Shown: one piece after another, positions 31,982-32,000 of the stretch
Layout: the number at the start of each line of letters is the position of its first letter
Position numbering within the stretch: the stretch's first letter is position 1
From: Candidatus Saccharimonadota bacterium
GTDB lineage: Archaea; Micrarchaeota; Micrarchaeia; Micrarchaeales; Micrarchaeaceae
Reading direction: 5' to 3'
NCBI GenBank assembly: GCA_963698035.1
Contig: OY969114.1
Coordinates: 390,001 to 422,000 of the forward strand
Length of the DNA stretch: 32,000 bases
Position numbers and translations under genes: made by a program
The notes under the pieces: model-generated
The model's input: the letters and a program-made list of their open reading frames with translations, nothing else
The model's database searches: none
What the model was told of the DNA's origin: nothing

Positions 31982-32000
31982 GCGTCACCTCGCCAAACAA

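Overview
Compact archaeal chromosomal segment. Spacers of 0-10 nt and overlapping starts and stops are common. Archaea-specific markers are eL15, eL42, aIF2-alpha, TFE, RadA, EndA, Trm56 and DtdA, and gyrBA is also present. 1-8.8 kb holds informational genes: uL3 (partial), Pcc1-like, eL15, TFE, initiator tRNA-Met, a GINS-eL42-aIF2alpha-PAC2 operon, an intron-containing tRNA-Gly, a DUF92 membrane protein, radA, diphthine synthase and a long three-unit tRNA-splicing endonuclease. 8.8-15.9 kb is a minus-strand five-gene cluster of Sec-signal, sequon-rich surface proteins around a MinD/ParA ATPase that carries a C-terminal amphipathic tail. This cluster is my best candidate for an undescribed system. 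Next come tRNA-Lys and a radical-SAM/VKOR pair. 17.6-21.4 kb is a visibly AT-rich 3.77-kb insertion with 11-bp direct repeats, 19-bp imperfect terminal inverted repeats and an iterated 14-bp end motif. It carries a fused type IIG restriction-modification enzyme and an unknown 188-aa ORF, with no transposase or integrase. The rest is gyrB, gyrA, trm56, an Lhr-type helicase whose Walker A lies upstream of any in-frame start codon, a membrane-anchored eqolisin-like surface protein, and dtdA. A pair of ORB-like inverted repeats around an AT-rich spacer upstream of the GINS gene may mark a replication origin. The FxETGLPxGxxW domains, the acid-peptidase-like fold and the three-unit EndA suggest an acidophilic Thermoplasmata- or ARMAN/Micrarchaeota-like organism, but that is inference only. 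No rRNA genes and no CRISPR array were seen.
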